Origin: a virus
Taxonomy: Duplodnaviria; Caudoviricetes
Direction: 5' to 3' (one strand)
Length of the DNA: 64,000 bases
Virus record (IMG/VR): IMGVR_UViG_3300009678_001573
Span: 31,907 to 95,906 of that record
The notes under the pieces were generated by a model. It saw only the letters and a program-made list of their open reading frames with translations. It was not told the DNA's origin and ran no database searches. Below are positions 59,934 through 64,000 of this stretch, one piece after another. The first letter of the stretch is position 1; every line of letters begins with the position of its first letter. The position numbers were made by a program, and so were the translations under genes.

Positions 59934-62756
59934 ATGGCAGCAAAAGTTTTACCAAGAAATAATTGGTTTGATGGACAACAAATAACAGAAACGGATATGG
60001 ATGTTGAGCAAATAGCCTGGCATGATGGTCTTGCCGCCGTTGCTGATCATACAACGGGCAGCGGTGTCGAAAAAGAATTTGCTACTCAACCAATATTGTT
60101 CGATAGTGATAATGTGCCCTCCTCAATTCAAGGCCTCATAGATACTGAAAATTTTGATGGTGAGCCAATATACGAAACTGACTCATTTGGTGAAACGGTC
60201 TTTATTCAACCCTCTGATGTTGCTGAAGGTGCCCAACTTGAAATAGAAATATCTGGATCTGAGTTGGACGGCGCCCCCAGTCTTAAGATTTATATTTTTG
60301 GTACAATATTCGGAGGAAACTTTGTACAAGAGGTTTTAACCTTTGAGAAAAATGAATCTCAGGTTACCAAAAATTACTTTACAAAAATGATTGCTTTCAT
60401 GACACAGGATTTATTTGGCAATCAAAATACTATAATTACTGGCACAGCTTGTCGAAATAATGGTGGTCGACTACGCATCCTTGAATCATCACAGATGGCA
60501 GTTGTAAGGGATGAGATAATGGCCGAGCAATCCAGCGAACCAAATATGGATTATTTTAATTTTAAGCCCGCTACCTTAGCAAAAACATTAGATATATTAT
60601 TAGATGAAATTGCAGACAGAGAAGACTTAAGTTCAGACGATCTGAATATAGATATTTTTGAATCTACTACCACTAGATTATTACCAAGAAATGCTAGCAC
60701 TGGATTAATAATTGGTGAAAAATTTAAGGCCACTACTAATAATATACAAAAAATTCAATTATTGCTATCGGTAGAGGAAAATGAATTTGCACTTCCCGGA
60801 GAAGAGTTTAATTGGTCCGGTGATATAGTAGTTGGCATTAGAAAGCTCCAAACTTCTACTACCTGTCCGACAGATGCTATTCCGGGTACAGCCATTGAAT
60901 TCGATCCAGAACCATCTGCTTTGGCCGAAGTCTCTTTCGATCAAAATGATTTGGCGGAATTGGGCGTATCACTTTCAGATGTTCCACAGATAGTCGACTT
61001 TGTATTTACCCAGTCTTTATTAGCTAATCCAAATATAGAACCCTCAACGGTGCCTGGCGATTTCTATATTTTAACAATTAGACGTTCCGGCGATATAAGT
61101 GTTGGAAATATAGTTCTACAAGAGGCGGCAAATACTAATGCCTCATCTGATGAAGCTGATGAAATGCTCATGTCGGTATTCTCACAGAATATTTGGACTG
61201 ATGTACCAGAAAGTGATTTATGGTTTAGAATATTTACTGATGCAATTCGTATCACAAGTGGTTCTGCTTTTGATAGTGGCGTACAGATACCATCCCCAAA
61301 GATTAAAAAGAATGAAGCAACGGGTGTAGAAGAACCATTCATCGAGGGGCATCACAGCTTGATTGATGTTTCTCAAAGTGCCCTTAATTATATCATTATA
61401 CAAAGGGCAAATAACTTTACTGACCCACAACCGCATCCGGCGACTGGTAATTTAGTATTTACGCGCATAGAAGATGTTTCACAAGTTTCGGTTGTATCAG
61501 AGGAAACATTAACAACTCTTATAGATGCTGGAAACGAGCCAATTGTCTTAGGTTCAATTAGGGACACCAATCCTGTTAACAATCCCACCATAGAGGGAAG
61601 GCTAGAGTTTCCTGGATTGGCTAATGGTAATCAGCTAACTATTATACAGCCCAATTCAGATATCATATTAAATAATTTGGTTGGTTCTGTAATTATACCA
61701 AATGTTAACGAACAAGATTTTAGATATAGAATAATTGCAGTTGAAATAATTACAGATGCTTATGGAGATGTTAATGGAGATGGAATTATTGACCTCAGTG
61801 ATGTCTCTAGAGCACAGGCCCTAGACGGGTATTCAAAGGACTTAGAATCTGGGTCGTTACCATCAGTTGATCAAAAGGCTGCAATTGATGCAAAGACTGT
61901 AACAATAGACGAAATACTCCGTGCTGATGTAACAGAAGATGGGGTAATTAATATTTTAGATCCCCAACTTATCCAACAAAATATTGCTTTGGGCACTGCA
62001 TTTACGGCTGGTTCAACTTTCGTCAGAGCAGTATTAACACTTGAGAATTTAGTTGACCCGCTCAGCACAACGGTAGATCTATTGGCTGCGGATCCATCAT
62101 TTAATACAGTTCCATTTAATGTAATTAATTTTAGAATTAACTTTGTTCCACTATGGAGTCCAAGCAACCTAATAATAACAGATTTGCGAAGATTTGTTCC
62201 CAAAACCTTTACTGAATTTACATCAGAAGATATTACTGAAGACCCACAAAATGGCGGACAAAACACAGTATTTATGCCAGGCGATTTATTATTGGGTGGC
62301 AATCTTCTTGACACCTTTGGAGATCCATACAAGATAGACTTGGAGGTTAATACAATAGTAATTAACTTGCCTACAGGGTCTACACAAGGCGAACTAGATA
62401 TATTTAATAACTTTATTAAAAATCAAATGAGATTTGCTGATGGCACTTTTGTTCCATCCACTGCTCTAGATGATAATCAAGTTAAAGTTGCTACTGCGAT
62501 TAAATCATTTGTCAAAGATACGGGTACAGCAGATTTCGTAGACGGATTAACATCAATTGATGAAACAATAGCAGTATTATATACACAAAGCTCTGGAATC
62601 TTGAGAATTAGAGCGGCCAATATAGAAAACATAAGTACAAGGCCAGAATTGTCAACAAAAATACTGTTGACGGTGTATCTAAAGAAAGCAGGATTCAGAA
62701 ACAGTGAACAAACAGTAACATCCGATAGGGTAACAGAATTACTTGTTCCAGTATAA
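59934..62756 (+). CDS. baseplate/fibre adaptor-like virion protein (940 aa) with a dockerin-like Ca-binding pair
   Basis: The N-terminal RNNWFDGQQITETDMDVEQ resembles contractile-tail fibre attachment N-termini. GDVNGDGIIDLSD ... ADVTEDGVINILD is dockerin-like. Confidence 0.6.
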   Translation: MAAKVLPRNNWFDGQQITETDMDVEQIAWHDGLAAVADHTTGSGVEKEFATQPILFDSDNVPSSIQGLIDTENFDGEPIYETDSFGETVFIQPSDVAEGAQLEIEISGSELDGAPSLKIYIFGTIFGGNFVQEVLTFEKNESQVTKNYFTKMIAFMTQDLFGNQNTIITGTACRNNGGRLRILESSQMAVVRDEIMAEQSSEPNMDYFNFKPATLAKTLDILLDEIADREDLSSDDLNIDIFESTTTRLLPRNASTGLIIGEKFKATTNNIQKIQLLLSVEENEFALPGEEFNWSGDIVVGIRKLQTSTTCPTDAIPGTAIEFDPEPSALAEVSFDQNDLAELGVSLSDVPQIVDFVFTQSLLANPNIEPSTVPGDFYILTIRRSGDISVGNIVLQEAANTNASSDEADEMLMSVFSQNIWTDVPESDLWFRIFTDAIRITSGSAFDSGVQIPSPKIKKNEATGVEEPFIEGHHSLIDVSQSALNYIIIQRANNFTDPQPHPATGNLVFTRIEDVSQVSVVSEETLTTLIDAGNEPIVLGSIRDTNPVNNPTIEGRLEFPGLANGNQLTIIQPNSDIILNNLVGSVIIPNVNEQDFRYRIIAVEIITDAYGDVNGDGIIDLSDVSRAQALDGYSKDLESGSLPSVDQKAAIDAKTVTIDEILRADVTEDGVINILDPQLIQQNIALGTAFTAGSTFVRAVLTLENLVDPLSTTVDLLAADPSFNTVPFNVINFRINFVPLWSPSNLIITDLRRFVPKTFTEFTSEDITEDPQNGGQNTVFMPGDLLLGGNLLDTFGDPYKIDLEVNTIVINLPTGSTQGELDIFNNFIKNQMRFADGTFVPSTALDDNQVKVATAIKSFVKDTGTADFVDGLTSIDETIAVLYTQSSGILRIRAANIENISTRPELSTKILLTVYLKKAGFRNSEQTVTSDRVTELLVPV

Positions 62757-62791
62757 AGAAAACGGTGTAAAATAGTATAAAGGAAGTAAGA

Positions 62792-64000
62792 ATGGCAGAA
62801 CCACTGAATATAAGAACCTACACTTGGTTAAATGACTCAACCAATTTAAGTTGGGTTTATGTAATGAAGGAATTAATTAAGGCTTTCGATGAACTAGGAA
62901 ACAATACTTATATTGTTTCTACTAATGGTTTAAACGAAAGCACCTTTCCTCATGCCAAGATGCTTAAGTCTATGGCCGAATTACAAAAGTTCGGCGCAGG
63001 AAAGAAGGCGATAGATATAGATGTGACTTATACGGTTCCGCAAAACTTCCCACAGAGATTTTTACCAAATTCTAAAGCGAGATGCGCAATATATAACTAT
63101 GAGACTACTTACTGGGATCCTAGATGGAAACAGTATTATGGTCTTGTAGATTATTATTTCCCAAGTTCTAATTTTTCTGCTGAAGTATTTTACATTAATG
63201 GTATAGACCCCAAAAAGATATTTGTAATTCCTCATGGTGTAGATACTTCCTTATTTAATCCTGATATTCCAGCTGTAAAACTTAATACGAAGAAAAAATT
63301 TAAATTTGTTGCTGTTGTCGCTCCGCACTTTCGAAAGAACATAGATTTATTGTTAGAATCTTATTGTGAGGCCTTTACAGATAGGGATGATGTGTGTCTT
63401 GTTCTCAAAAGTAAGGTATTTAAACACAGCGATGGTGCTTATGATCCAACCAAAAATCCGAAGGGCCGTAAAGCATTTGAGATAGTGTTAGGTGATATAT
63501 TCAAACGATTACACGATAAGCATGGTAGTAGCATGCCAGAAATCGAATTGCTAACGGGCTATGTAGATAATGTTGCCAGCATTTATAATGCCTGCCAGTG
63601 TCATGTAACCACAACTGGAGCAGAAGGGTTTGGGCTTCCCTTATTGGAGAGCATGGCTTGTAATCTATTAAGCATAGCTCCAAATTATTCTGGTCAGTTA
63701 GATTTCATGAATAAGGATAATTCGTTGTTGATAGATACGTCGATACGATTTGCTAAACCCCTAGAACAATATTGGACTTTTAACTCAAAATCAAAGATAG
63801 GGCAACCAAGCAAGAAACACACTATAGAAATGATGCGCAAGGCCTATACAGAATATGATACATTGATGGAAAGATTTCAGCCAAATATGCGAAAGGCCGT
63901 TGAGCACTTTACTTGGAAGCGCGCAGCTCAGATGATAGTAGACGCAACACAAGGAAAGATGACACACTATGAGCCCGGAACATATAGATTACCTAAATGA
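62792..64000 (+). CDS. GT-B fold glycosyltransferase, family GT4 (Glycos_transf_1)
   Basis: Shows VIPHGVD, RKNIDLLL, YNAC, EGFGLPLLESMAC (EX7E motif) and FTWKRAA. The ORF is complete and ends at 64000. Confidence 0.92.
   Translation: MAEPLNIRTYTWLNDSTNLSWVYVMKELIKAFDELGNNTYIVSTNGLNESTFPHAKMLKSMAELQKFGAGKKAIDIDVTYTVPQNFPQRFLPNSKARCAIYNYETTYWDPRWKQYYGLVDYYFPSSNFSAEVFYINGIDPKKIFVIPHGVDTSLFNPDIPAVKLNTKKKFKFVAVVAPHFRKNIDLLLESYCEAFTDRDDVCLVLKSKVFKHSDGAYDPTKNPKGRKAFEIVLGDIFKRLHDKHGSSMPEIELLTGYVDNVASIYNACQCHVTTTGAEGFGLPLLESMACNLLSIAPNYSGQLDFMNKDNSLLIDTSIRFAKPLEQYWTFNSKSKIGQPSKKHTIEMMRKAYTEYDTLMERFQPNMRKAVEHFTWKRAAQMIVDATQGKMTHYEPGTYRLPK

Noticed and set aside
689-61832. DGY enrichment as a DNA-level motif or purely a by-product of one repeat family
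   Set aside because: Synonymous codons vary and the counted copies are in the coding frame; off-frame copies were not counted. Only about 7 of ~46 copies belong to the repeated fibre connector, and the rest are mostly in unrelated contexts.
30382-62756. Interpretation as a bacterial eCIS/tailocin/T6SS locus
   Set aside because: A neck-like protein, a frameshifted chaperone, a tape measure, giant fibres and phage-like gene density are present. No Afp15-like ATPase, T6SS membrane complex or host genes are seen. A phage is more parsimonious, although head genes lie outside the window.
62764-62772. GTGTAAAAT shared between the gap before the glycosyltransferase and the gap before the sheath gene (~31328)
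   Set aside because: It could be a sigma70-like -10 element, but two copies of an AT-rich 9-mer without a clear -35 are too weak to call.
1324-63683. Numerous short minus-strand and alternative-frame ORFs in the ORF track (up to 243 aa)
   Set aside because: They lie largely within long plus-strand genes, mirror their repetitive codons, and show no recognisable motifs. They are treated as shadow ORFs.
1-64000. Stop-codon reassignment, as seen in some jumbo phages
   Set aside because: Code 11 gives near-complete coding density with very long ORFs, and TAA, TAG and TGA all end genes at sensible boundaries.
1-64000. CRISPR array, tRNAs, diversity-generating retroelement, invertase shufflon, introns/inteins
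   Set aside because: No spaced repeats, cloverleafs, reverse transcriptase, recombinase, adenine-variant TR/VR pair or intein/homing motifs were noticed by eye. Subtle cases cannot be excluded without tools.

Overview
The window is a gene-dense, AT-rich, entirely plus-strand block of about 27 genes with bacterial Shine-Dalgarno sites and the standard code. It reads as the neck/tail/baseplate morphogenesis region of a large (probably jumbo) contractile-tailed phage. In order, it holds several giant fibre/spike proteins (YadA-head repeats, beta-helix plus Asp-box propeller), a Zn-finger neck protein, tail completion, sheath, tube, a tail assembly chaperone with a -1 slippery site, tape measure, tube initiator, hub, spike, gp25-like and J-like wedge proteins, a LamG wedge protein, a dockerin-like adaptor and a GT4 glycosyltransferase. 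No capsid, portal, terminase, tRNA, CRISPR or mobile-element genes were seen. The most striking unexplained signal is the tripeptide D-G-Y (with D-A-Y). By manual count it occurs about 46 times across 12 mostly unrelated virion proteins, but not in the tube, tape measure, hub, chaperone or non-structural proteins. Together with the adjacent glycosyltransferase, this suggests a phage-encoded virion tagging or modification system, possibly Tyr O-glycosylation; that function is a hypothesis. All family assignments come from motif recognition and gene order, not from database searches.
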